Source: an uncultured delta proteobacterium (GTDB taxonomy: Bacteria; Desulfobacterota; Binatia; Binatales; Binataceae). Taken from it: DNA of 64,000 nt. The notes beneath the pieces are model-generated. The model was given only the letters and a program-made list of their open reading frames with translations. It was not told where the DNA came from and did not search any database. The stretch is from NCBI GenBank assembly GCA_963789835.1, contig CAWBMF010000009.1, forward strand, positions 28,984 through 92,983, given 5' to 3'. The position numbers were made by a program, and so were the translations under genes. Each line of letters starts with the position of its first letter. Position 1 is the stretch's first letter. Shown here piece by piece: positions 11,818 to 22,956 of this stretch.

Positions 11818-11960
11818 ATAATCCTAATTAGCGGCTCATACCGTACATTTGTCGTTGGCGTTGATCTCTAGTTCCTGTAGATTGCCGTTGGCGCGAACCC
11901 GTGCTCGCTCCGGGGGGAGTCCGGGGATCGGATCTATGCGTCTTAAGGAGAGCGGAGAGT

Positions 11961-14900
11961 ATGGGATCGGGAGAATCTGCAGTCGTCACAGGCGGATCGC
12001 GTCGAGTCTTAATTCAATTCATCCTGGTCGCGATGCTGATCGCGGCGCCACTCGTAAAAAGTGTATCGGCGAATTCCTGGGACGGGGATCAGAACAAGCA
12101 TAAGCTCAAGGGCGCCGAGGTCGATACGTGCGCCAGCGGCACATTAACGCCGATGATGATGCCTCCCGTCGGCGCTCCGCTCGATCTGGAAGTGACGGGA
12201 CCCTGTACGGTGCCGGCAGGCAATTACTACTACGGCAACGTAAATATTTTTAAGAAGAAGGGCGCGGCGACCGGTGGCATTCTAAGCTTCAACGACGCGA
12301 CCATAGATTTCTGGGCTAACAGTATCCTCGTTGAAAATGCGGGAACCCTCAGGGCCGGAGTCGCCGCCGATGGCAAAACCACACCTATCGGCACCGCGAA
12401 CATTCTTAACACGCTGACAATTCATCTCTGGGGAGCGGAAGCAGCTGATCCCAAAAACGGCAGCGGGATTACCTGTAAGACGGATCCCGGCGAACCCGAC
12501 GGCAACGAATGCGGTGTCGATCAGCCCGACTGGAAGTCGAATATAGGGAACACCAGTACGCAAAAGTGCACGGTGGCTCAAGCGATGCCAGGTGGAGTGA
12601 AGGACTGCTTTTACGCTTACAAGGCTCTCAACTGGGACGGCGCCATTCCGACCGCGTACTTCGGATATAAGGTACTGGCGGTTTCCTGGGGCGGCTCGTT
12701 ACAGCTCTTTGGCGCCAAGGGCGCATCGTACGACGCCACGACCAACGGCGATCCTTCGAGCTCGGGAGTCAGTTGGGTGCGGCTAGGTGCGGATCTGGCA
12801 GGTACGGGCACGGAAAAAACGATCACGCTGGACCGGCCGGTGAGCTGGCAGGATGGCGACAAGATCGTAATAACCAGTACTGACTATATGCCCGCGCATG
12901 CCGAGCTCCTCACAGTTATGGGAGCTGTGAAAAATAGCACGACCGTCAACGTCACAACTGCGGTCCAATACGCCCATAAGGGAACGCCATATCCGCTGTC
13001 GACCAAGACTGGTATCAGTAGCACGGGAATAGACCCCACGCTTATATCCAAGGGAATCGAGACTCAAGCCGCCGTTGGTTTGTTGACCAGGAACATAAGA
13101 ATAGTGTCGGGCGGCGCGAGCCCCGCTCTCGATTTCCCTGCGCTGCCTTGCACCGATCAAAAGATGGGCTGCTACTTCGGTGGCCATACAATCGTTCGTC
13201 AAGGATTCCAGACCTACCAGGTACAGGGCGTCGAGTTCTATCAATTGGGGCAAGGCGGCAAGATAGGACATTATCCCGTCCACTTTCACCTGGCGCGTAA
13301 AACGGCGAGGACCGATCCTACCCAGAATGCCTTCGTGAAGGATTCCTCGATTTGGGATTCCATGACTCGTTTCATCGTGATTCATGGTACCCAGGATATA
13401 ACTCTGGCGCGCAACGTCGGCTATGAGTCCATAGGTCACGGCTACTACCTCGAGGATGCGACCGAGATCAACAACAAGCTGTATTCCAACCTCGGGATAC
13501 TTGCGCGCGCAGCTGTCGACAATCCACTCAATCCGCGCAAAGTCCCTGGTATCCTGGCAGCGGATTACTCGCCGATAGCCGGCGTTCCTCCGGCCAATCA
13601 GGTGCCGCAGGAATTCGTGCCCTATCACTCCGATATCGATCATCCGAGCGTGTTCTGGATGACTAACGGGTGGAACGATTTCCGCTACAATATGGCGGCT
13701 GGGGCCGGTACTTGCGGAGTATGCTATTGGCTGGTGCCTGCCGCTATTAGCGGTCCTTCCAGGTCTATGGCCTGGGACTCTTACGCCGCAGAACAAACGT
13801 CGCCCGACCGCCTCGAGACCTCGCCCCTGGAAACCTTCTACGGAAACTACTGCTCGACGGCTATGACCTCCTTTCAGACGATCGGTAACTCGTCTCCATG
13901 TCTTGGCATAGTCAAAAACGATCCGAATAATAATCTTTTCCCGACGCTGCCTGCCATACACAACGATTTGGCAACACAGTTGCCTACGATGCAGAACTCA
14001 GATCCGAAAAAACCGCCCTTTACACCCGATCAAATCGCCAACTTGCTGAAGTACTATCCCGATGTTGACGCCGGCGGTGGCAGGAAAGCTACCAAATGCC
14101 CCGATGTTGATCCCACTAAGCCTTTCGATCCCAGTACGGATTGCAGTGACTCCCAAGTGGCGCCCGTTTGTAGTTCGGGAAATGAAGCAAACTGCATGGT
14201 CACCGTGCTGGATCACTATACCTCGTCTTACAATTGGGCTCATTTCAACCTTGCGGCCATCTGGCTCAGACCGCAGTGGTACCTGGTGATCAACAGCGTG
14301 CTAACCGACATACAAAACGGCGGTCTGACTTTTGTAACCGGTGGCGGCTACACCGAATCCGATGCGCTACCCGGCCATTGGGCTTTGGCCTTGAAAGATA
14401 TCTTCGTTGGTGCGACGCAACCGACCAACCCTTACGCGCTGGAAGGGGGGCCGTTCAACCCAACGACTGCAGCGCTCGCGGGTCCTAATCCGCCAACGAC
14501 ACCATATGGGTTTAAGATAAGTTGCGCGCTGGCCACTAACGGGCAGGATCCCGGCTACTGTCTCGACCCGATCGAAAGTGTCAGTTTTCCGCCTAGCAAC
14601 TTTGGCGGCAATCAGCGGTTCTTCAACATCTACGACGGGCCGTCCTACGAAGACTCGAACGCGTACCTGGATATCCAGAAGACAGAGAACCTGGACTGTA
14701 ACGCGACCACTGGCTGCGGTATCGGCCATACTAAGTGGTTTAACGCGAAGCAACTCGGAACTCCGCGAGACAATACTGTCTCCGGAGCCAACAACTGCTA
14801 TCTGCCCAACGCGGCAATAGCCTGGAAACAGCCCAACGGGTTCTACTATCCGCCGGCGTTCCATTCCAGAAATCTATTTTTCGACAATGTCGATATCCGC

Positions 14901-16205
14901 CACTATGTAATAGAGCCACTGTTCAATCCGGGAACATTCCAGACTAATACCGCGGCAATCGCTAACCACTATTGCACCACCAACTCTGCCATGTTCGACA
15001 ACTTTACCGACGTCGATCGCCAGACCGAACTCAACGACGACGACGGCTCGCTGACCGGTCTGGTTGACACTATTTCCGTCAACCTGGACCCGTTCTTCAG
15101 CGCGCCGGTCGAGACGGTCGAATGCGAATCCGGTCCCTTCATCGACGACACTGTAACTCCTGTGCTGCCGCCCGGAACGGCCAAGACCAGTCCGTATGAC
15201 TACGTCACCACTGCCATCTATCCCAAGTGCATGGCCTCCATGCCGGGTACCGATCAGTGCAATAAGCTAATCAAAAACTCGGACCCTCCGATGGTCGATC
15301 CCAAGACCATCTGGAATACGGGATGCTCGACCGAGACCTGCTATGGCGTCCCGCTGTACAGGCAGGATTTGACTCAACAGGAGAAGAACGGACCTCCTAT
15401 GCCCTCAGCGATACCGACACCCAGTATCCGATTGATGGGACAGGACCAGGCTCAGCGTAGTAGCCTGACCGTCAACAACGCCACCTACTATATTGATACG
15501 ACCCTGGATGCGGCGGGACAAACCGCTCCGCCCAGGGCGTCGGTGTCAAACGTTTTCGAGGCGGGCAACACTTACTACACCTACTTTCTCTTTGCCAAGC
15601 CGACTACGAAGCAGACCTATCAATTGTACGTAGGCAAGGATCCTGCCTGGAATCCTGATACGAATGTCAAAATGGTTCGCGTTGCGCTGCCTTCGTTCCC
15701 TTACCAGTTCACCGAAGAAACGACCTGGCCTACGACCTGGAAGCGCGATACGGACGGCATGGGCAATGGCTATGATCCGACTACGGGAATCGAGACCATA
15801 ACTGTAGACATGAATGGCTATGCGGACTTCCTGACCGATTTCAACCTATCGAAGTCGAACGAGTGCGCGCCGGCGAGTTTCTGCAAGCCGGTAGGTGAGA
15901 GTCCGAACACGACGTGCACGTGCCAATTGAGCAATACGGATCCCTTGTTCAATGATTGCCAGTCGGTTTGCACTAACTGGGCGAACAAAGATGTTCCATG
16001 CCCGGACGGCAAATGCTTTGGATTTGCGGTTACCCTATCCGACAAATTCGATACCATTCCGAAGAGCCCGGGCGAACCTCGTCCTCAACCGACTCCGGGA
16101 TGCTTTCCCAATGATGTCTTCAACATACCGGTGACGCCTGCCGCCCCGGAGCTTGCCGGCAGTTGCGCCAATCCGCTCCTGCCGATTACACAAGCGTGTA
16201 ATTGA
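11961..16205 (+). CDS. large secreted Cys-rich G8-domain/parallel beta-helix protein (TMEM2/CEMIP-like)
   Basis: RBS AAGGAG/GGAG before ATG 11961; signal-like FILVAMLIAAPLVKSVSA; G8-like ANSILVENAGTLRAG..LTIHLWG; GLLTRNI, GVEFYQLGQ..GHYPVHFHL, IHGTQ..NVGYESIGHGYYLED as in the TMEM2/CEMIP/PKHD1 PbH1 region. Confidence 0.85.
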   Translation: MGSGESAVVTGGSRRVLIQFILVAMLIAAPLVKSVSANSWDGDQNKHKLKGAEVDTCASGTLTPMMMPPVGAPLDLEVTGPCTVPAGNYYYGNVNIFKKKGAATGGILSFNDATIDFWANSILVENAGTLRAGVAADGKTTPIGTANILNTLTIHLWGAEAADPKNGSGITCKTDPGEPDGNECGVDQPDWKSNIGNTSTQKCTVAQAMPGGVKDCFYAYKALNWDGAIPTAYFGYKVLAVSWGGSLQLFGAKGASYDATTNGDPSSSGVSWVRLGADLAGTGTEKTITLDRPVSWQDGDKIVITSTDYMPAHAELLTVMGAVKNSTTVNVTTAVQYAHKGTPYPLSTKTGISSTGIDPTLISKGIETQAAVGLLTRNIRIVSGGASPALDFPALPCTDQKMGCYFGGHTIVRQGFQTYQVQGVEFYQLGQGGKIGHYPVHFHLARKTARTDPTQNAFVKDSSIWDSMTRFIVIHGTQDITLARNVGYESIGHGYYLEDATEINNKLYSNLGILARAAVDNPLNPRKVPGILAADYSPIAGVPPANQVPQEFVPYHSDIDHPSVFWMTNGWNDFRYNMAAGAGTCGVCYWLVPAAISGPSRSMAWDSYAAEQTSPDRLETSPLETFYGNYCSTAMTSFQTIGNSSPCLGIVKNDPNNNLFPTLPAIHNDLATQLPTMQNSDPKKPPFTPDQIANLLKYYPDVDAGGGRKATKCPDVDPTKPFDPSTDCSDSQVAPVCSSGNEANCMVTVLDHYTSSYNWAHFNLAAIWLRPQWYLVINSVLTDIQNGGLTFVTGGGYTESDALPGHWALALKDIFVGATQPTNPYALEGGPFNPTTAALAGPNPPTTPYGFKISCALATNGQDPGYCLDPIESVSFPPSNFGGNQRFFNIYDGPSYEDSNAYLDIQKTENLDCNATTGCGIGHTKWFNAKQLGTPRDNTVSGANNCYLPNAAIAWKQPNGFYYPPAFHSRNLFFDNVDIRHYVIEPLFNPGTFQTNTAAIANHYCTTNSAMFDNFTDVDRQTELNDDDGSLTGLVDTISVNLDPFFSAPVETVECESGPFIDDTVTPVLPPGTAKTSPYDYVTTAIYPKCMASMPGTDQCNKLIKNSDPPMVDPKTIWNTGCSTETCYGVPLYRQDLTQQEKNGPPMPSAIPTPSIRLMGQDQAQRSSLTVNNATYYIDTTLDAAGQTAPPRASVSNVFEAGNTYYTYFLFAKPTTKQTYQLYVGKDPAWNPDTNVKMVRVALPSFPYQFTEETTWPTTWKRDTDGMGNGYDPTTGIETITVDMNGYADFLTDFNLSKSNECAPASFCKPVGESPNTTCTCQLSNTDPLFNDCQSVCTNWANKDVPCPDGKCFGFAVTLSDKFDTIPKSPGEPRPQPTPGCFPNDVFNIPVTPAAPELAGSCANPLLPITQACN

Positions 16206-16214
16206 GGACCGGCC

Positions 16215-16487
16215 ATGCGGAGGACTACCAGGGGAGCTATGCTGGCGGCGGCAGTCGCGGTCGCCTTCATAGCTAACCCTGTCTGCGCAGAGGATCCCAA
16301 TTCGAGCCCCACGCCGGCGAAGATAGCGTGTCTCGGCGGCAATAGCTGTAAGGGTCAAAGCTTATGCAAGAGCTTTGATCACGATTGCCAGGCGATGAAC
16401 TCATGTAAGGGCAAAGGCTTCGTTATGATGACTGACAAGGAATGTAAGAGTAAGGGCGGCAAAGCCATCGACCCTGACCAGATGTAA
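16215..16487 (+). CDS. secreted six-Cys peptide, BufA2 (bufferin metallophore precursor)-like
   Basis: Signal peptide, then CxGGNSCKGQSLC-x6-CQAMNSCKGKGF-x7-CKSKGG; starts 9 bp after the upstream stop with GAGG RBS. Confidence 0.75.
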   Translation: MRRTTRGAMLAAAVAVAFIANPVCAEDPNSSPTPAKIACLGGNSCKGQSLCKSFDHDCQAMNSCKGKGFVMMTDKECKSKGGKAIDPDQM

Positions 16488-16632
16488 GTGCGCCCCGAGT
16501 GAATCTCGTAGGCCGAGACCGGCAGCTTCGTCGGCACTCTGCCCGTACCGCCCGCGCGCGGCCAATTTCGCCGCCGTCAGGGCGACCGCCGCATCATTCG
16601 ACATGTTTGGCCGGCTCCTTTTCGCCCAATTT

Positions 16633-16647
16633 TTGTGGAAGCCACAA
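16633..16647. promoter_or_regulatory. palindromic operator candidate upstream of gnd-zwf-fba (HexR-box-like)
   Basis: TTGTGG-AAG-CCACAA inverted repeat, fits TTGT-N7-ACAA, 60 bp before gnd ATG. Confidence 0.4.
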
Positions 16648-16706
16648 CATCTGCGATGCGGTAGACTTTTTCCATACAGTCCCGTTCAAACAAGGAGCGA
16701 ACTAAC

Positions 16707-17726
<1,020 letters not shown>

Positions 17727-17739
17727 CAGGGTGCGTACG

Positions 17740-19281
17740 ATGTCGACCTCAGTACCTAAGAACGCTCATGCATCCGACGTTGCTACGCGCGGAAAACCCG
17801 GCGACCCGTGCGTGTTCGTCATCTTCGGCGCGACCGGCGACTTGACCAAGCGGCTTTTGATGCCGTCGCTGTATAATCTGCTCGCCAACAAACTGTTGCC
17901 GGACAAGTTCGCGATTGTCGGCGTCAGCAACGTCGAGATGAGTTCCGAAGACTTTCGCAAGCAGCTCGGCGACGAGATCGGCCAGTTCGCCACCACCAAG
18001 GTCCAGCCCGAACTCTGGAAATGGTTCGACCAGCGAATCTCGTACATGTCGGGCGACTTCAAGGATCCGGCGACGTACCAGAAACTCAAGTCGCAGCTCG
18101 ACGCGACCGACAAACAGCAGGGCACGCCGGGCAACTACCTGTTCTACACCGCGGTCTCGCCGAGTTTCTTCGGCGAGATCGTGAAACAGCTGGCCGGCGC
18201 GGGCCTTACGAAGGAAGCCGACGGTCACTGGCGGCGAGTGATAATCGAGAAGCCGTTCGGCCACGACCTCGAGTCGGCGAATGCGCTGAACCGCGAGATC
18301 GGCGCATGCATCCAGGAGCACCAGACCTTTCGAATCGATCACTATCTCGGCAAAGAAACCGTTCAGAACATCATGGCGTTTCGCTTCGGCAACGGCTTCT
18401 TCGAACCGCTGTGGAACAACAACTACATCGACCACGTGCAAATCACGGACTCGGAAATCGTCGGCGTCGAACATCGCGGCAGCTTCTACGAAGCGACCGG
18501 CGCGCTGCGCGACATGGTGCCGAATCACATCATGGCGATGGTCTCGCTCACCGCGATGGAGCCACCGAACTCGTTCGAGTCCGAGCCGGTGCGCGATGAG
18601 AAGACCAAAGTGCTGCGCGCGATCCGTCCTATAACACCCGACCAGGTTCCCAACTGGGCCGTGCGCGGCCAGTATGGCCCCGGCACGATGGACGGCAAAC
18701 CACAGGCGGGCTATCGCGCGGAGCCGCAGGTGGATCCAAGGTCCGGCACTGAAACTTACGTCGCAATGAAGCTCGCGATCGACAACTGGCGATGGTCAGG
18801 TGTGCCGTTCTACCTGCGCACCGGGAAGCGGATGGCGAAGCGCGTCACCGAAATCGCAATCAAGTTCAAAGCGCCGCCGGCGCTGCTGTTCCGGCAGACC
18901 GGCGTCAAGCACCTCGAGCAGAACGAGCTGATTTTGCACATTCAGCCCAACGAGGGCATCTCGCTCAGCTTCAGCGCCAAGGTTCCCGGGCCGATAGTCA
19001 AGCTCGGCGGCGTCGACATGAGCTTCAAGTACTCCGACTACTTCGGTTCCGCTCCGAGCACCGGCTACGAGACGCTGTTGCTCGACTGCATGCTCGGCGA
19101 TCCTGCGCTGTTTCAGCGCGCCGACACGGTGGACGCTGGCTGGCGCATCGTCGATCCGATTCTCGAGGCATGGAAAGCGACCCCAGCCGCCGACTTCCCC
19201 AACTACGCGGCCGGATCGTCGGGCCCGCACGCCGCGGACGATCTGCTCAAGCGCGACGGCCGCAAATGGAGACCAATCTGA
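17740..19281 (+). CDS. zwf: glucose-6-phosphate 1-dehydrogenase
   Basis: [34 protein letters not shown]. Confidence 0.96.
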   Translation: MSTSVPKNAHASDVATRGKPGDPCVFVIFGATGDLTKRLLMPSLYNLLANKLLPDKFAIVGVSNVEMSSEDFRKQLGDEIGQFATTKVQPELWKWFDQRISYMSGDFKDPATYQKLKSQLDATDKQQGTPGNYLFYTAVSPSFFGEIVKQLAGAGLTKEADGHWRRVIIEKPFGHDLESANALNREIGACIQEHQTFRIDHYLGKETVQNIMAFRFGNGFFEPLWNNNYIDHVQITDSEIVGVEHRGSFYEATGALRDMVPNHIMAMVSLTAMEPPNSFESEPVRDEKTKVLRAIRPITPDQVPNWAVRGQYGPGTMDGKPQAGYRAEPQVDPRSGTETYVAMKLAIDNWRWSGVPFYLRTGKRMAKRVTEIAIKFKAPPALLFRQTGVKHLEQNELILHIQPNEGISLSFSAKVPGPIVKLGGVDMSFKYSDYFGSAPSTGYETLLLDCMLGDPALFQRADTVDAGWRIVDPILEAWKATPAADFPNYAAGSSGPHAADDLLKRDGRKWRPI

Positions 19282-19283
19282 AA

Positions 19284-20150
19284 ATGACATCGCTCCGAGA
19301 CGTATTGAAGCAGGCCGCGGCGGACAAGGTTGCCGTCGGGCATTTCAATTTTTCCGACCTGGTCGCCTTCAACGCGATCGTCGCCGCCGCGCGCGACCGG
19401 AAGTTGCCCGTGATGGTGGGCGTGTCGGAGGGTGAGCGCGAGTTCACCGGCGTCCGCCAGGCGGCAGCGCTGGTGAAAGCAGTCCGCGACGAGTACGACT
19501 ATCCGATTTTCCTCAACGCCGACCATACTCACTCGATCGCGAAAGCCGAGGCAGCGGCCAAAGCGGGCTTCGACGAAGTCATCTTCGACGGCTCGGCGCT
19601 CGCGTTCGAGGAAAATATCAAGCAGACCATAAAGGCAATCGAGGCGATCAAATCGATCAATCCCGCGATCCTCGTCGAGGGCGAGATAGGATGGATCGGC
19701 TCGTCGTCCGCTGTGATCGACAAAGTCCCGGCAGGAGTTGGAATCTTGACGACTCCTGCCGAGGCGAAACAGTTCGTCGACGCGACCAAAGTCGACGTGC
19801 TGGCGCCCGCGGTCGGCAACATGCACGGGATGCTCGAGAGCATGGTTCACGGCAACGTGCAGAAGCGGCTGAATATCGAGCGGATCGCGGAGATCAAGGC
19901 GGCGGTTAAGATCTTCATGACGCTGCACGGCGGATCCGGCACCAACGACGACGATTTCAAGCGCGCAATCAAGGCCGGCATGACGATCGTGCACGTCAAC
20001 ACCGAAATTCGGATCGCGTGGCGGCGTGGAGTCGAAGCCGGGCTGGCGGCGGAGCCGAACGAAGTGGCGCCCTACAAGATTCTGGGGCGCGCGGTCGAGG
20101 CTGTGCAAACAGTGGTGAGTGAAAGGCTCGAGCTGTTCAGCTCGAAGTGA
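19284..20150 (+). CDS. fba: class II fructose-bisphosphate aldolase
   Basis: ADH, FDGS, EGEIG, GNMHG, LHGGSG, VNTE; ATG 2 bp after the zwf stop. Confidence 0.88.
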   Translation: MTSLRDVLKQAAADKVAVGHFNFSDLVAFNAIVAAARDRKLPVMVGVSEGEREFTGVRQAAALVKAVRDEYDYPIFLNADHTHSIAKAEAAAKAGFDEVIFDGSALAFEENIKQTIKAIEAIKSINPAILVEGEIGWIGSSSAVIDKVPAGVGILTTPAEAKQFVDATKVDVLAPAVGNMHGMLESMVHGNVQKRLNIERIAEIKAAVKIFMTLHGGSGTNDDDFKRAIKAGMTIVHVNTEIRIAWRRGVEAGLAAEPNEVAPYKILGRAVEAVQTVVSERLELFSSK

Positions 20151-20603
20151 CTACTTCGCCCAGCCCTTTTCGTACGGCGCCGACATCCGGCCGATTGCGC
20201 GCAGGTGCGAAATTTTCCACTCGCCGTCGAGCTTGACGTAGTCATCTTCGTAGCGCGCGCCCAGCCACATCGCGCGATTCCCGCTGCGCATCGTGAACGG
20301 CCCGAGGAAATACCAGATGCCGGTGGCGCGATCGCCGTTCACGTCGATGATCGGATTCATTACGTTGTGCTGCGAGAAGCTGATCCGTTCCTGGAATCCC
20401 TGGAACAGCTTGCGGATCGCCTCGTGCCCCTCATGCCGCCCAACTCCGGCGCCCTCCCAGATCCCGTCGGGCGCGAACAGCGCGGTGATTTTCGCGGGAT
20501 TGTGATCCTCGTCGCAGATGGCGCAGTAGCGAGCCTTGAGTTTCTTGATCGCCTCGATATCTTCGAGCACCGTGATCCGTTTTTCGAGCTCGCCGATATC
20601 CAT
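20151..20603 (-). CDS. NTF2/SnoaL-like protein
   Basis: LEDIEAIKKLKARYC, FAPDG, HNVMNPII, YEDDYVKLDGEWKI. Confidence 0.88.
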   Translation of the reverse strand: MDIGELEKRITVLEDIEAIKKLKARYCAICDEDHNPAKITALFAPDGIWEGAGVGRHEGHEAIRKLFQGFQERISFSQHNVMNPIIDVNGDRATGIWYFLGPFTMRSGNRAMWLGARYEDDYVKLDGEWKISHLRAIGRMSAPYEKGWAK

Positions 20604-20610
20604 CGCGCAG

Positions 20611-21174
20611 CTACTTGTCCGTCGGCAGATTTACGAACACCGCGGCCGTCACCACTGTCGTCCACAAGCCGTCGCGATCTCCGATTGCCGACTGCGTAAT
20701 GTTTCGCGTCGTGACAATTTTATCCGACAGCTTCCACACATCCTTGCGTTCGTCGTAACTGACGTTGGGGTCGAAGTCCACGCCCAGCGCCGTCGCCAGC
20801 ATCGTGGCCGCGAGGTCTTCGGCGTAGTCGCCCGCCTTCTCGTCGGTCTGCCCGAAGCTCTTATGCTCGGACAGGTATCCGTACGACGCCTTGTCGGCCG
20901 GAATCGCGAGGCCGACCGAGGCCGCTATCAACCGATGCGGTTCGTCGGTGGAATTGTCATACATCACCGCGTAAACGATCTGACCCGGCGTCAGCGTCTT
21001 CAGCCCGTCCTGGATCGAGACGACTTTGCAGCCGGGCGGAAAAATCGAGCTGACTCGCACGAGATTGAACTCGGCGATTCGCGCGTCGCGCAGTGCAAGC
21101 TCGAACGACGTGAGCTTCTCGCGATGACGTCCGACGCCCTTGGTCAAAAAGATTCCTTTGCCTGTTGGCCCCAT
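20611..21174 (-). CDS. pdaD: pyruvoyl-dependent arginine decarboxylase
   Basis: [21 protein letters not shown] (Ser-Ser autocleavage site), YGYLSEH, WTTVV. Confidence 0.9.
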   Translation of the reverse strand: MGPTGKGIFLTKGVGRHREKLTSFELALRDARIAEFNLVRVSSIFPPGCKVVSIQDGLKTLTPGQIVYAVMYDNSTDEPHRLIAASVGLAIPADKASYGYLSEHKSFGQTDEKAGDYAEDLAATMLATALGVDFDPNVSYDERKDVWKLSDKIVTTRNITQSAIGDRDGLWTTVVTAAVFVNLPTDK

Positions 21175-21397
21175 CTTATTTCATTCCTCAAATTTGATTT
21201 CGTCATTTACAGAGAGCAAGCGCAAGCGTTTTGCGACGTTACGCACCCATGATCCCTTCGTGAACGATGTTCGATACACCGCCCCAGCTCGAATCGTCGA
21301 GATTTATCTGGGTCTACAGGCGCGGCGATTTGGCGTCGCGATGTTTTGCGGTTCGCGGTAAGATGAGCCACATCGGAAAATCTGGCGAGGTGATGTC

Positions 21398-22276
21398 GTG
21401 ATTGAGACAAGTCCATTTGGAAAAACGGGGCATCAGAGCACTCGGGTTCTTTTCGGAGCCGCGGCGCTCGGCGGGATGAAGCAGGACAAAGCCGACCGCG
21501 TGCTCGAGGTGCTCCTCGAATACGGCATCAATCATCTCGACACCGCGGCGTCTTACGGCGAGTCGGAACTGCGCATCGGCCCGTGGATGCGCGAGCATCG
21601 CAAGCGGTTTTTTCTCGCCACCAAAACTGGCGACCGCTCGTACCAGGGCGCGCGCGACAGTCTCCATCGCTCGCTCGAGCGGCTGCGGGTCGATCAAATC
21701 GATCTGATCCAGATGCACAACCTTGCAGCCGAGGATGAGTGGACTACCGCTCTGGGAGCGGGCGGCGCGCTCGAAGCACTGGTCGAGGCGCGCGCGCAGG
21801 GACTGGTGCGATTCATCGGCGTCACCGGCCACGGCTCACAGATCGCCGCGATGCATCGCCGCAGCCTCGAGCGGTTCGCGTTCGACTCGGTGCTCTTTCC
21901 ATACAATTTCACGATGCTGAACATTCCGCAGTATGCCGCCGACGTCGACGCTCTGCTGAAGCTTTGCCGCGAGCGCGGCGTCGCAACGCAGACGATCAAG
22001 TCGGTGGCGCGGCGTCGGTGGCAAAATGGCGACGGCCCAAAATTCAGCTGGTACGAGCCGCTGCGCGATCGCGATGCCATTCGCCGCGGCGTGCATTTCG
22101 TGCTGAGCCGGCCGGGACTGTTCCTGAACTCCTCGAGCGACGCGACCATTCTGCGCGACATCCTCGACGCGGCGAGCGAGAAGCCGACCGCGCCGGCGCG
22201 CGCCGCGATGGAAGCCGACGTTGCGCGCTATGCGATGCAGCCGCTGTTCATTCCCGGAGTGTCCGACACGATTTAG
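21398..22276 (+). CDS. aldo/keto reductase
   Basis: DTAASYGESE, LATKT, SLERLRVDQIDLIQMH, FIGVTGH. Confidence 0.9.
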   Translation: MIETSPFGKTGHQSTRVLFGAAALGGMKQDKADRVLEVLLEYGINHLDTAASYGESELRIGPWMREHRKRFFLATKTGDRSYQGARDSLHRSLERLRVDQIDLIQMHNLAAEDEWTTALGAGGALEALVEARAQGLVRFIGVTGHGSQIAAMHRRSLERFAFDSVLFPYNFTMLNIPQYAADVDALLKLCRERGVATQTIKSVARRRWQNGDGPKFSWYEPLRDRDAIRRGVHFVLSRPGLFLNSSSDATILRDILDAASEKPTAPARAAMEADVARYAMQPLFIPGVSDTI

Positions 22277-22931
22277 TACACGCCGGGAATAAGGCGCGAG
22301 GTGCGTCGCGGTAGGCTTCGAATTCGGCGCCGAATTGCGCGTTCAGCAGCGCTTCCTCAGCGTGGATGCGTGCGACGAGCGGCGGCAACAGTACGGCGAT
22401 TATCAGCACTCCGACGAGCGAACGAAAAGCCAGGCCCCATCCAATGATGGTGACGAGCAATCCCAGGTAGCTCGGGTTGCGGACCACACCATAGATTCCG
22501 CTGGTGACGAGTTTGTGATCGGGCTGAATTGCTACCAGGCCGCTGAAGCGGCGGCCGAGCACGAAGACCGGATAGAGACGCAGCGTACAGCCGGCGGTGA
22601 AGAGGATGACGCCAACCCATCGAGTGGCGTCGCCGTCGATGGTCCAGATTTCTCTTCGATCCAGGTAGGCCGGCAGCCAGGCGGTGAGCAGCAGGATTAA
22701 TCCGAAGGCTGCCAGCACCCATCGGTTGCCGCGATCCTCGCGCTCGCCGGAACTCAGATTTCCCTCGGTGAAGGTCGAGATGATCACGAATACGAAGGTC
22801 AGGATCGCCAGCGCGATCAGTGGCGGGTGCTCGAGGAACGGCGCAATCCCGCCCATGCCGAGCACGGCTAAGCCGATCTGCACGGCGGCGGGCACGAAGA
22901 TGAGGATCAGTCGCGAGGCTTGCGCCGACAT
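22273..22931 (-). CDS. isoprenylcysteine carboxyl methyltransferase-family membrane protein; probable frameshift near 22305
   Basis: HKLVTSGIYGVVRNPSYLG, RIHAEEALL..FG. The family-typical end RTSRLIPGVY* lies in another frame, stop at 22273. Confidence 0.85.
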
Positions 22932-22956
22932 CTTTGTCGCAGCAATTGAAAATCGT

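Noticed and set aside
11888-11906. Sigma54 promoter upstream of the G8 gene (TTGGCGCGAACCCGTGC)
   Set aside because: GG-GC spacing is 11 rather than the required 10.
11820-16700. Defined mobile element around the low-GC cassette
   Set aside because: No integrase, transposase, tRNA or terminal repeats were found; only a compositional hint remains.
20151-20603. LinA or BaiE functional assignment
   Set aside because: The NTF2/SnoaL fold is shared by many activities, and no pathway context supports a specific call.
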